A stretch of DNA of 64,000 nucleotides. Origin: Candidatus Omnitrophota bacterium. Lineage in GTDB: Bacteria > Omnitrophota > Gorgyraeia > Duberdicusellales > 4484-171. Every line of letters starts with the position of its first letter. Position 1 is the first letter of the stretch. The stretch spans positions 4,459 to 68,458 of the forward strand of contig JBDRAN010000005.1 of assembly GCA_043823745.1 (NCBI GenBank). The letters are read 5' to 3'. Positions 46,696-55,621 of this stretch are shown here, piece by piece. A model generated the notes under the pieces. That model saw only the letters and a program-made list of their open reading frames with translations. It did not search any database and had not been told where the DNA came from. Made by a program: the position numbers and the translations under genes.

Positions 46696-46999
46696 TTGGT
46701 TAAGACGACACCCTCTGACAACGATACCCAGCGGGCCTAAAACCGCCGGCTGATTGAGCATATCAAAGTATTGGGCCGTCGAATCCTTGTAATGACAAGA
46801 AAATGTTCCACATTTTCGATAATGTATGGATTCGACATAATTCAACCGGCTATTCTTTGTGCCCCTGCGGCTGCAAAGAATGAGGTTTCATTAACTGATT
46901 TTTTGCATTAAACTAAAAAAAATGAAAAAAAATAAAACTATCGTAACAGTAATCTTGCTGCCAATACTCAATACTATTTATTTGTAATAAAGGAGAAAT

Positions 47000-47884
47000 G
47001 TGTTCAGCCTCATTGCGCTTGTTAAGGAACGCCCTCGCTTATACATCTTTTTAAAGATCACCGGATTACTATATATTCATAGGTATCTCCGAGATTTCTA
47101 TCATCTTTTAAGATACGGCAGAAAAAAGGAAATTATTATCAATGGGATGTCATTTATGTTTCCCATTATGGATAACGCTACACGAAATTTCTTTTTTGAT
47201 CCTTGTTGGCTTGGGGAAATTTGGGAAAAGGATGTTGTCCACCATTTCATTAAAAACTTAGAGGGATGCTCGTGCTTTATCGATATTGGAGCTCATGTTG
47301 GCTTTTATTCTCTTATCGCCGCAAAGATAATTGCCCCGCGAGGCGGGGTAGTACATGCTGTAGAAATGGATCTTGATAATATTACCCGGCTAAAATCGGC
47401 TATTCGGCTTAACAACCTGAATAATATCACCGTTCACCATGCAGCTATCGGAGATCACCAAGGGGAAGTGGAGTATTCTTGTTGCGGTGCCGAATGTAAT
47501 ACATTAAACATAGGAAGTGATAAGAGGGTTTATACTAAACGATCCGTTCAAATGATAACCTTGGATAATCTTGTCGCTACAGAACGGCTCAATCCAGATA
47601 TAATAAAAATTGACGTAGAAGGTGCTGAATATTTAGTCTTACTCGGAATGAGAAAAGCACTCCGCTTAAACAACCTTAAAATCTATTGTGAGGCTCATCT
47701 ACATCAAGACAGAGGAAGTTTATCCTCTTTCGGGCATTCTCCGAAAGATGTAGTGCAGGTATTAAAAGAATATAGTTACACAATTGAGCAAATAGGCCTA
47801 AAACAAGGCAGTAAGATAAAACAAGGCATTATCCATGATCTTCAGGACACAAAAGAAAATGTAATGCTTTTTATACATAGGTAA
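47000..47884 (+). CDS. FkbM-family SAM-dependent methyltransferase
   Basis: IDIGAHVGFYS and IKIDVEGAE motifs. GTG at 47000 follows AAAGGAGAAAT. An internal ATG start is possible. Confidence 0.75.
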   Translation: MFSLIALVKERPRLYIFLKITGLLYIHRYLRDFYHLLRYGRKKEIIINGMSFMFPIMDNATRNFFFDPCWLGEIWEKDVVHHFIKNLEGCSCFIDIGAHVGFYSLIAAKIIAPRGGVVHAVEMDLDNITRLKSAIRLNNLNNITVHHAAIGDHQGEVEYSCCGAECNTLNIGSDKRVYTKRSVQMITLDNLVATERLNPDIIKIDVEGAEYLVLLGMRKALRLNNLKIYCEAHLHQDRGSLSSFGHSPKDVVQVLKEYSYTIEQIGLKQGSKIKQGIIHDLQDTKENVMLFIHR

Positions 47885-47922
47885 GTTGAGACGAAGCTTA
47901 TAGAGCAAAAGTTGGTTTTTAA

Positions 47923-49002
47923 CTATCGAGCGATGAGACACTCGGCAATCTGCACCGCGTTAAGTGCCGCGCCCTTTAGGAGATTATCCGCCACCACCCA
48001 CAGCCACATTCCGTTTTTAACAAACGGGTCTCTCCTGATACGCCCCACAAAAACCTCACCCTTACCCTCGACATCCTTAGGCATCGGATAAAGGTTCTTT
48101 GCCGGATCGTCAACGAGAATGATGCCGGGCGCGCGGGCCAGGAGGGCCTTAACTTTGGCGGGCTCCATGGGCTTTTTGGTTTCAATATAAATCGATTCAG
48201 AATGCCCGGTACGCACCGGAACACGCACCGTGGTAGCGGAAATCTTAATTTTGTTATCATGCATTATCTTATGTGTCTCGTTAACCAGCTTCCACTCCTC
48301 CGAGGTATAATCACAATCGCTAAACCCACCGATCTGAGGAAAAACATTATAGGCCAGCTGCTGGGGCATGGAGCGCTCGGCCACTGCTTGGATACTCTTG
48401 TATCCGCCGGCGGTAATCGAGGATGTTTCCTCGTTTAGCTGCTCAACCGCTGATTTTCCCGCGCCGCTTGAAGCCTGCAGGGTTGTCACAATAACGCGCT
48501 TAATACCCGCTTTTTTATATATAGGCCAGAGCGCGACTACCATCTGAATCGTTGAACAATTAGGGTTAGCGATAATTCCTTTATGCTTCTTTACCCCGTT
48601 AGAAATACCCGATGAACGGTGAAGGAACCAATTTCTAACGGGGTTAATATCCGAAGCATTTACTTCAGGAACGACCAACGGAACACCGGGCTGCATACGA
48701 AAATCAGCACCATTGTCAATAACAACCGCGCCCCGCTTGACCGCTTCATGCGCATAGGTTGCGGCTGCGCCCTTTTCCCCTTCGGTGCCGGCGAAAAGCG
48801 CTATATCGATACCATTAAAGCCTTGGGCTGATATAGCCTCGACCTTATATGATCGTCCGTCAACTTCTATCGCACGCGCCGAACGCGCGAAAACGCGCAA
48901 CGTCTCTACCGGAAAGTTAGATGCCCGCAGGCACCGCAACATCTCAATACCGACAACGCCCACACCCACCACACACACATTGTATTTAGTTTTTTTCTTC
49001 AT
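47923..49002 (-). CDS. asd: aspartate-semialdehyde dehydrogenase
   Basis: VCVVGVGVVG NAD motif, active-site Cys context (IANPNCSTI), and a C-terminal dimerisation domain. Confidence 0.95.
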   Translation of the reverse strand: MKKKTKYNVCVVGVGVVGIEMLRCLRASNFPVETLRVFARSARAIEVDGRSYKVEAISAQGFNGIDIALFAGTEGEKGAAATYAHEAVKRGAVVIDNGADFRMQPGVPLVVPEVNASDINPVRNWFLHRSSGISNGVKKHKGIIANPNCSTIQMVVALWPIYKKAGIKRVIVTTLQASSGAGKSAVEQLNEETSSITAGGYKSIQAVAERSMPQQLAYNVFPQIGGFSDCDYTSEEWKLVNETHKIMHDNKIKISATTVRVPVRTGHSESIYIETKKPMEPAKVKALLARAPGIILVDDPAKNLYPMPKDVEGKGEVFVGRIRRDPFVKNGMWLWVVADNLLKGAALNAVQIAECLIAR

Positions 49003-49051
49003 CGCGCTCCTTACCGTAATACCATTATCGCGGTTGTATGACGCCTTTACT

Positions 49052-49726
49052 TTACCGCACGCTCATCTTAAATTTCTCAGCATCAGCGAACATAGAGTTT
49101 GCAAAGAGAGTACGCATCTCCTCCTTATTAAAACGGGAAATAAAGAGCTTAAAAGTCTCGATCAACTCTTTAGCGCCAAACCCATACTCGATAAACTCGA
49201 GTTGCAACCCCGCAACGTGCCTGGTGTCCAACGTATTATTACGAACAAGGTCTTCTATGCGACCGCGAACATCCGCGGCGTTACCTTCTTTATCAAAAAT
49301 AAAAAAGCAGCGGGTATTTTCGCTATCGATACGATCAAGGATGTCAGGAATGGTGCGTAACTTCGCGTCAATAAACGGCCAAAACGTAATCGCACTGCCT
49401 TTATGAAAACCAAAAAGCTTTTTGGCTGGCTTCTCGTAGTGCAATGTACTTGAGGCCGGGATATACTGGCGCGCGCGCTCCAATTTCTCTTCCGGTATGC
49501 CGTCAAGGGTGGTTATCGGAAACGATGAAACCATAAAACACATATCACCCTCGCCCTTGGCATTCTTGATCAACTCAGCAAGATACCCTTCACGATAAAA
49601 GGTGCGCAGGTCGAAAGTAATATTAATGACCCCCATCACCGATTCTTCAAATGTGATATCAAAAATCAGATATTCCCACCACGGAACTCTACTCTTGATA
49701 ATATTAAGAGAATATTTCGTCGCCAT
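49052..49726 (-). CDS. hypothetical protein
   Basis: 224 aa ORF with no recognised motif. It is preceded by a ~315-nt structured leader. Confidence 0.5.
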   Translation of the reverse strand: MATKYSLNIIKSRVPWWEYLIFDITFEESVMGVINITFDLRTFYREGYLAELIKNAKGEGDMCFMVSSFPITTLDGIPEEKLERARQYIPASSTLHYEKPAKKLFGFHKGSAITFWPFIDAKLRTIPDILDRIDSENTRCFFIFDKEGNAADVRGRIEDLVRNNTLDTRHVAGLQLEFIEYGFGAKELIETFKLFISRFNKEEMRTLFANSMFADAEKFKMSVR

Positions 49727-50042
49727 AGTTTTTACGTAAGTGGGTACCCACGGATGCGCCGTGACATTTTTTGCATATACCCCGACTCAGCTAAAAATAC
49801 GCTAAAATTCTCTACGACCCTCTGGAATTTCCTATCCTCATGACGCACTAGTTGTGCTACCAAAGTAGGAAATTCCGAGGACTAAGCCCCGGAAATCCTC
49901 CGGATTTCTCGGGGTAATTTTAGCGACTTTGCCGGGGTTATTCGTTTTACGCATTCACCCACGGCCAAGACCGTGGCATCACGCAAAACGAATAAAAAAA
50001 AGAGGCAACGCATGACGCATGCCCCTTTTTATACGATACTGA

Positions 50043-51107
50043 TTATGCGCCGATAGCGCTTACCACCAAATCGCCTACCTCTTCGGTGGAATAACCCATT
50101 TTTCCGGCGGCAAGGTTCGTCAGTTTATTTGTAACGATGTCAATGACGGCTGCCTCAATCGCCTGCGCCGCATGCGCCTGACCGAGCGTATCAAGCATCA
50201 TCCCCGCGGCGCAAACCGCAGCCAAAGGATTAATTACATGTTTACCCGTATATTTAGGCGCGCTTCCGCCAATCGGCTCAAACATCGAAACACCACCCGG
50301 ATTAATATTACCTCCGGCCGCGATACCCATACCACCCTGGATCATGGCGCCCAAATCGGTAATAATATCACCAAACATATTGTCAGTCACGATAACATCG
50401 AACCATTCAGGGTTTTTAACGAACCACATGGTTGTTGCGTCAACATGAGCATAATCGGTGGTAATATCGGGGTATTCTTTGGCAACCTCGTTAAACGTCC
50501 GCTGCCAGAGATCCCAGGCGTACGTTAAAACATTGGTTTTTCCGCATAGCGTTAGTTTCTTTCTCTTGTTACGTTTCCTGCAATACTCAAACGCGTAACG
50601 AATACAGCGTTCGACGCCGTACCGTGTATTGTAGGAAAGTTGAATCGCCACTTCGTTCGGCGTACCCTTATCCTTAAACTCTCCCATCCCCTTATACAAG
50701 CCTTCGGAATTCTCACGCACCACCACGAAATCAATGTCCTGGGGCAATTTACCCTTCAGCGGACAAAACGCTTCATTATAAAGTTTGACGGGACGCAAAT
50801 TAATATATTGGTCGAGGGCGAACCTTAGTTTAAGCAATATCCCGGTCTCTAAAATTCCCGGCTTCACATCAGGGTGCCCGATCGCACCCAGATAAATTGC
50901 GTTATAGTTAAGCAACTCCCTAATATCAGCTTCATCAAGCGTTTTTCCGGTTTTTAGATAGCGCTCGCCGCCAAATTCAAACGACGTCGTTTCATACGAA
51001 AACTCGAACTTCCTTCCGGCAGCCGCTAAGACTTTCAGGCCTTGGGCGACGACTTCCGGGCCCGTCCCGTCACCGGGGATAACCGCGATTTTATATTTCT
51101 GTTCCAC
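50043..51107 (-). CDS. leuB: 3-isopropylmalate dehydrogenase
   Basis: KIAVIPGDGTGPEV start and the NMFGDIITD motif. Confidence 0.95.
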   Translation of the reverse strand: MEQKYKIAVIPGDGTGPEVVAQGLKVLAAAGRKFEFSYETTSFEFGGERYLKTGKTLDEADIRELLNYNAIYLGAIGHPDVKPGILETGILLKLRFALDQYINLRPVKLYNEAFCPLKGKLPQDIDFVVVRENSEGLYKGMGEFKDKGTPNEVAIQLSYNTRYGVERCIRYAFEYCRKRNKRKKLTLCGKTNVLTYAWDLWQRTFNEVAKEYPDITTDYAHVDATTMWFVKNPEWFDVIVTDNMFGDIITDLGAMIQGGMGIAAGGNINPGGVSMFEPIGGSAPKYTGKHVINPLAAVCAAGMMLDTLGQAHAAQAIEAAVIDIVTNKLTNLAAGKMGYSTEEVGDLVVSAIGA

Positions 51108-51110
51108 AGA

Positions 51111-51371
51111 TCAAACCTCCTCCACCCATTTGATTGATTCTTTGCTCAAAAGAATAACTTCCTTCCTCTTTGCCATTTCACTGACCAGCTTAAACGAATG
51201 AACCGCATGCAAGTTCTGAAAAGAAGCATCCGTCACGGCAATAAAATTTCCTTTGATGTCGTTAAAAAATTCAAGCACGCGCAGGCCCTCTGCCACGTGG
51301 ACAAACCCAATGATGAAAGAACCATCGGTGCAAATGATCTTTACCTTATGTTTTTCACGCGGTATTTTCAT
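51111..51371 (-). CDS. small hypothetical protein embedded in the leu operon
   Basis: 86 aa ORF tightly packed between leuD (17-nt overlap) and leuB (3-nt gap). No motif recognised. Confidence 0.45.
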   Translation of the reverse strand: MKIPREKHKVKIICTDGSFIIGFVHVAEGLRVLEFFNDIKGNFIAVTDASFQNLHAVHSFKLVSEMAKRKEVILLSKESIKWVEEV

Positions 51372-51864
51372 GGCTCACCTCTTTTTTTGCCTTTATCCAT
51401 TTTATAAGCCCACCCCTATCGATTATCTCCTGCATGAAGGCGGGAAACTTTTCACAATGAAATACTCTCGTATTAACCGTATCGGTAATAATACCGCGTT
51501 CCAGGTCAACAACGAGCGTACTACCCGCAGGTATCGCTCCGGCATCCTGACAAACTAAAATCGGCAAACCCACGTTAATGCAGTTACGATAAAAAATACG
51601 GGCAAAACTTTTTGCTATCACCAGCGAGATCCCGCACCCCTTAAGCGCGACCGGGGCATGTTCCCTGCTTGAACCACAGCCGAAGTTAGCCCCTCCTACA
51701 AGAATGTCGCCGCGTGCGACTTTCGCAGAGAATCCCGGATCGATATTTTCCATGCATTTCGACCCAAGAAATCTTTCATCCTGCGAATCAAGATATTGTG
51801 CGGCAATAATATCATCGGTATTAATATTATCCCCAAACACATGCACCGTGCCTTTCACTATCAT
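51355..51864 (-). CDS. leuD: 3-isopropylmalate dehydratase small subunit
   Basis: LeuD pattern (VFGDNINTDDIIAAQYL, GANFGCGSSREHAP). Confidence 0.95.
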   Translation of the reverse strand: MIVKGTVHVFGDNINTDDIIAAQYLDSQDERFLGSKCMENIDPGFSAKVARGDILVGGANFGCGSSREHAPVALKGCGISLVIAKSFARIFYRNCINVGLPILVCQDAGAIPAGSTLVVDLERGIITDTVNTRVFHCEKFPAFMQEIIDRGGLIKWIKAKKEVSHENTA

Positions 51865-51868
51865 TCTA

Positions 51869-53179
51869 TTATACCTTTATTTTTGCAGGATGGGTAATTT
51901 TTCCGGTTATCGCACTTGCCGCGGCGACGACCGGGGAGCTTAAATATACAAAACTCTCCGGATGCCCCATTCTACCGATAAAATTCCTGTTCGTTGTGGC
52001 GAGTGCCACTTCCCCTTTATCAAGAATACCCATGTGTCCGCCCAAACACGGACCGCAGGTAGGCGGTGACACGATGCAGCCTGCCTCGTGGAACGCCGTA
52101 AGCAACCCCTCGCGCTCGGCCGCCGCATAAACCGTAGGAGTTGCCGGAATTATAATAACGCGTAATCCCGATTTTATCTTTTTGCCTTTAATGATCTTTG
52201 CCGCGGCGCGCAAATCAGAAAGCCGGCCGTTTGTGCAAGAACCAATGACTACCTGGGTAAGTGAAACATCACGCAATTCTTCAACAGGCTTAACGTTACT
52301 GGGCAAATGCGGACAGGCAACCTGAGGCGATAGCTTCGTCACATCTATTTCTATTATCTCCTCATAGTGCGCGTCGGCATCACTTTTTAATTTAGTCCAT
52401 AGTCGATAGTCAGCAGCCGACGTTTTCCTGCCCCCTGTATGGACCATGGACCCTGGACCATGGACTTTCTTTAAGTATTCAATAGTGACCGCATCCGGCT
52501 CAATAAGACCGGTCTTTGCGCCGGCCTCAACTGCCATATTGGTCATGCTCAAGCGCTCATCAAGATTCATCGCACGAATTACCGGGCCGGCAAACTCCAT
52601 CACCTTATAGAGCGCGCCGTCGACACCGATTTTTCCGATCGTATGAAGGATCAGATCTTTTCCGCTTAGATATTTCCCCGCTTTTCCTTTATATACAAAC
52701 TTAATTGTTTTTGGCACACGCAGCCAAACACACCCTTCCTTCATCGCCACGGCCAAATCGGTAGAGCCGACGCCGAAACCCGCAGCGCCGATGGCACCAG
52801 CGGTACAGGTATGAGAATCAGCCCCGATGACAAGATTGCCCGGCTTAATCAGGCCCCGTTCAATCAAAAAGATATGTTCTATTCCGCACTTATCAATATC
52901 GTAAAAATGCTTTATTTTAAAACGCCGGGCGAACTCGCGTAAAAGCTTAATATTATTGGCGGCTTTAAAATCACGAGCAGGTAAAAAATGATCGCAGATA
53001 AAACCGATTTTTTTGGGATTAAACACCGAATCAAATTGAGCGTTTAGAAATTCTTTAACGGCAAGAGGCGCCGTGATATCGTTACCGAAGCAGAAATCAA
53101 CCTTGGCGTAAACAAAATCGCTTAAGCCTCGCTTGTCCGATGCTTTCAGTAAGATTTTTTCGATTAACGTCAATCCCAT
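51869..53179 (-). CDS. leuC: 3-isopropylmalate dehydratase large subunit
   Basis: Aconitase-family Fe-S ligand motifs (GSCTNGR; CGPCLG). Confidence 0.95.
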   Translation of the reverse strand: MGLTLIEKILLKASDKRGLSDFVYAKVDFCFGNDITAPLAVKEFLNAQFDSVFNPKKIGFICDHFLPARDFKAANNIKLLREFARRFKIKHFYDIDKCGIEHIFLIERGLIKPGNLVIGADSHTCTAGAIGAAGFGVGSTDLAVAMKEGCVWLRVPKTIKFVYKGKAGKYLSGKDLILHTIGKIGVDGALYKVMEFAGPVIRAMNLDERLSMTNMAVEAGAKTGLIEPDAVTIEYLKKVHGPGSMVHTGGRKTSAADYRLWTKLKSDADAHYEEIIEIDVTKLSPQVACPHLPSNVKPVEELRDVSLTQVVIGSCTNGRLSDLRAAAKIIKGKKIKSGLRVIIIPATPTVYAAAEREGLLTAFHEAGCIVSPPTCGPCLGGHMGILDKGEVALATTNRNFIGRMGHPESFVYLSSPVVAAASAITGKITHPAKIKV

Positions 53180-53262
53180 AATACCCTTTCATGCTTCAGG
53201 CTGCAGGCTGCATGATCCAGGCTTCAAAATCCTGTAACCTGTAGCTTGCAGCTTATAATATA

Positions 53263-54504
53263 TTATTTGAATTCTTTTATAAGAAGCGTTGCGTTGTGGC
53301 CCCCAAAACCTAAAGAATTTGAAAGCGCAACCTTTACATCGCATTGAACGGCCGTATTCGGCGTATAGTTGAGGTCGCATTCAGGATCGGGATTTTCATA
53401 GTTGGTCGTCGGATGTATCACTTTATTCTTAATCGTTAAACAGGAAACGACAAACTCAACCGCTCCGGCAGCTCCCAGGGTGTGCCCCGTCATCGATTTG
53501 GTCGAACTGATATAGAGATCGCGCGCGTGAGCCTTAAAGACTTTTTTTACCGCCTTTGTCTCCATCTTATCATTCAGCTCGGTCGACGTCCCATGAGCAT
53601 TAATATAGATCTTCTCTTGAAACGGGACCTTTGCTTCCTCCATAGCGTCCGCGATTGCGCGCGCCGCAGCCCCACCCTCAGGGTCAGGCGCCGTTATGTG
53701 GTGCGCGTCACAGGTTGCCCCATACCCTGCCATTTCAGCGTAAATCACAGCGCCTCGCCGACGCGCATGTTCCAGTTCCTCAAGTACGATCACCGCCCCG
53801 CCCTCCGCAATAACAAAACCGTCTCTGTCCCGCTCAAAAGGCCTGGAGGCGCGCTCTGGTTCGCTGTTACGTTTAGAAAGAGCGCGCAGGGCGCAAAAGC
53901 CGCCCACGCCAAGATGCGTAATGCATGCTTCGGAGCCGCCGCAAACCATAATGTCTGCACGATTATGCTGGATCGCCCGATACGCTTCACCGATGGCATG
54001 CGCACCGGATGCGCATGCGGTCACCGTACAATAATTGATACCTTTAAGCTTAAACTGTATCGCAATACAGCCCGCTGCTTCATTGGTAATAAGCATCGGG
54101 ATCATAAAAGGAGAAAACCTGCTCGGACCTTTTTGCAAATAAACGTCATGCTCCTTCTCGACCGTTTCAAGGCTCCCGATACCGGATCCGAAAATTACGC
54201 CAACCCGGTACGGATCGAAAGGCTGTCGCGTAAAACCGCTCTCTTCCATTGCCTCTTCGGCAGCCTTAAGGGCAAATTGCACAAAACGAGGGGTTCTCCG
54301 TATATCTTTAGGAACAATAAAGGAAGGTGGGACAAAATCTTTCACCTCGCCGGCAATTCGAGAGTCAAACGCACTCGCATCGAACTGGGTAATCATCCCC
54401 AGGCCGCTCTTACCTTGCGTAAGGGCGCTCCAGAAAGAACTCTTACCTATGCCGACAGGAGAGACTACTCCACATCCTGTAACGACAACTCGCCTCTCCA
54501 TCAA
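53263..54504 (-). CDS. fabF: 3-oxoacyl-[ACP] synthase II
   Basis: RVVVTGCGVVSPVG start, active-site Cys (VTACASG), and HGTST/GHTLGAAG motifs. Confidence 0.95.
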   Translation of the reverse strand: MMERRVVVTGCGVVSPVGIGKSSFWSALTQGKSGLGMITQFDASAFDSRIAGEVKDFVPPSFIVPKDIRRTPRFVQFALKAAEEAMEESGFTRQPFDPYRVGVIFGSGIGSLETVEKEHDVYLQKGPSRFSPFMIPMLITNEAAGCIAIQFKLKGINYCTVTACASGAHAIGEAYRAIQHNRADIMVCGGSEACITHLGVGGFCALRALSKRNSEPERASRPFERDRDGFVIAEGGAVIVLEELEHARRRGAVIYAEMAGYGATCDAHHITAPDPEGGAAARAIADAMEEAKVPFQEKIYINAHGTSTELNDKMETKAVKKVFKAHARDLYISSTKSMTGHTLGAAGAVEFVVSCLTIKNKVIHPTTNYENPDPECDLNYTPNTAVQCDVKVALSNSLGFGGHNATLLIKEFK

Positions 54505-54509
54505 AAGAA

Positions 54510-54755
54510 CTATTTATCCTTCTTTGCTGACTTATCGTCGATATATTTAATTGCTTCTCCGACGGTTGTAATTTTTTCAGCATCCTCGTCGGGAATCTCT
54601 ATACCAAACTCTTCTTCAAGCGCCATAACAACCTCAACCGTATCTAAAGAATCAGCGCCCAGATCATCAATGAAAGAACTTTCCGGCTTGATCTCTTCTT
54701 TCTTAACTCCCAGCTGTTCCGCGATAATTTCCTTTACTCTTTCGTCAACACTCAT
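54510..54755 (-). CDS. acpP: acyl carrier protein
   Basis: [10 protein letters not shown] phosphopantetheine-attachment motif. Confidence 0.95.
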   Translation of the reverse strand: MSVDERVKEIIAEQLGVKKEEIKPESSFIDDLGADSLDTVEVVMALEEEFGIEIPDEDAEKITTVGEAIKYIDDKSAKKDK

Positions 54756-54819
54756 TATTCCCTCCTTTTCTTGAAATCCTTATTTTCCTCATGACGTCGA
54801 ACATCTCTAATCGAAACGG

Positions 54820-55554
54820 CTATACCAATCCGCCGTCTATAACTAAAACCTGGCCGGTAATATACTCGGCGTCCGAAGATGCCAGAAAAAGCACACCGCG
54901 TGCGACATCGAGGGGCTCGCCAAACCGTGCCAAGGGGATGCGTTCAAACATCGCTTCTTTCACTTTATCGGAAAGTTGCTCGGTCATCACCGTCCGAATG
55001 TACCCGGGCGCGACGGCATTAACATTGATGTTACGCGACCCAACCTCTTTAGCCAAAGACTTTGTTATACCGATAAGACCTGCTTTAGAGGCCGCATAAT
55101 TGATCTGACCCGCGTTACCCATGATACCGATAACTGAAGAAATATTGACTATTTTCCCGGAGCGCTGCTTGACCATATACTTAATAACTGCCTTACAGCA
55201 ATTAAATGCGCCCTTAAGGTTCACCGCCAACACCCGGTCCCAGTCATTTTCAGAGAGCCGCAACAACAAATTATCGCGGGTAATCCCCGCATTGTTAACT
55301 AATATATCAACTCTCCCAAAGTTGTCAATAATTTTGTTGACATTTATCTCGGTTTCCCCCAGGTTAGTCACATCAACCTTAAAGCCAATGGTTTGGGAAT
55401 AGCGCGAAAGTTCGGAAACGGTTTCTGCCAGCACCTGATCATTAATGTCAAAAACAACCACCCGGGCTTGCAGGCGCGCAAACTGGAGCGAAATCTCTTT
55501 GCCAATCCCTTGAGCTCCTCCGGTTACGATAACAACTTTATTTTTGAACTCCAT
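54820..55554 (-). CDS. fabG: 3-oxoacyl-[ACP] reductase
   Basis: VVIVTGGAQGIG and YAASKAG SDR motifs. The start is moved to MEFKNKV. Confidence 0.95.
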   Translation of the reverse strand: MEFKNKVVIVTGGAQGIGKEISLQFARLQARVVVFDINDQVLAETVSELSRYSQTIGFKVDVTNLGETEINVNKIIDNFGRVDILVNNAGITRDNLLLRLSENDWDRVLAVNLKGAFNCCKAVIKYMVKQRSGKIVNISSVIGIMGNAGQINYAASKAGLIGITKSLAKEVGSRNINVNAVAPGYIRTVMTEQLSDKVKEAMFERIPLARFGEPLDVARGVLFLASSDAEYITGQVLVIDGGLV

Positions 55555-55621
55555 ACACCCTCCGTTATTCGAATACACCGGTCATTCGCACCAGGCCTGA
55601 CCGATACTATGCCAGGTTCTG

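Larger units (their letters stand above)
43014..46775 (+). mobile_element. integron-type gene cassette array (>=5 cassettes, attC-like sites, no adjacent integrase; CALIN-like)
   Basis: This is an AT-rich block with the only plus-strand genes of the window. Four 75-77 bp elements with RYYYAAC...GTTRRRY termini and conserved stem architecture separate compact ORFs. See findings. Confidence 0.65.

Noticed and set aside
49727-50042. TPP or other known riboswitch in the structured spacer
   Set aside because: CUGAG and GGGGU elements occur but in the wrong order and spacing for a THI-box. I cannot match any riboswitch consensus from memory, so I left it as an unclassified structured region.
53482-54774. 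430-aa plus-strand ORF antisense to fabF/acpP, and similar long plus-strand ORFs (3366..3986, 7692..8075, 22776..23213, 36116..36430)
   Set aside because: The opposite strand encodes unmistakable conserved enzymes (FabF, AcpP, GltS, GltD, MurC, RibF). The plus-strand products are Arg/Ser/Pro-rich with no motifs, so they are antisense shadows in a GC-balanced genome.
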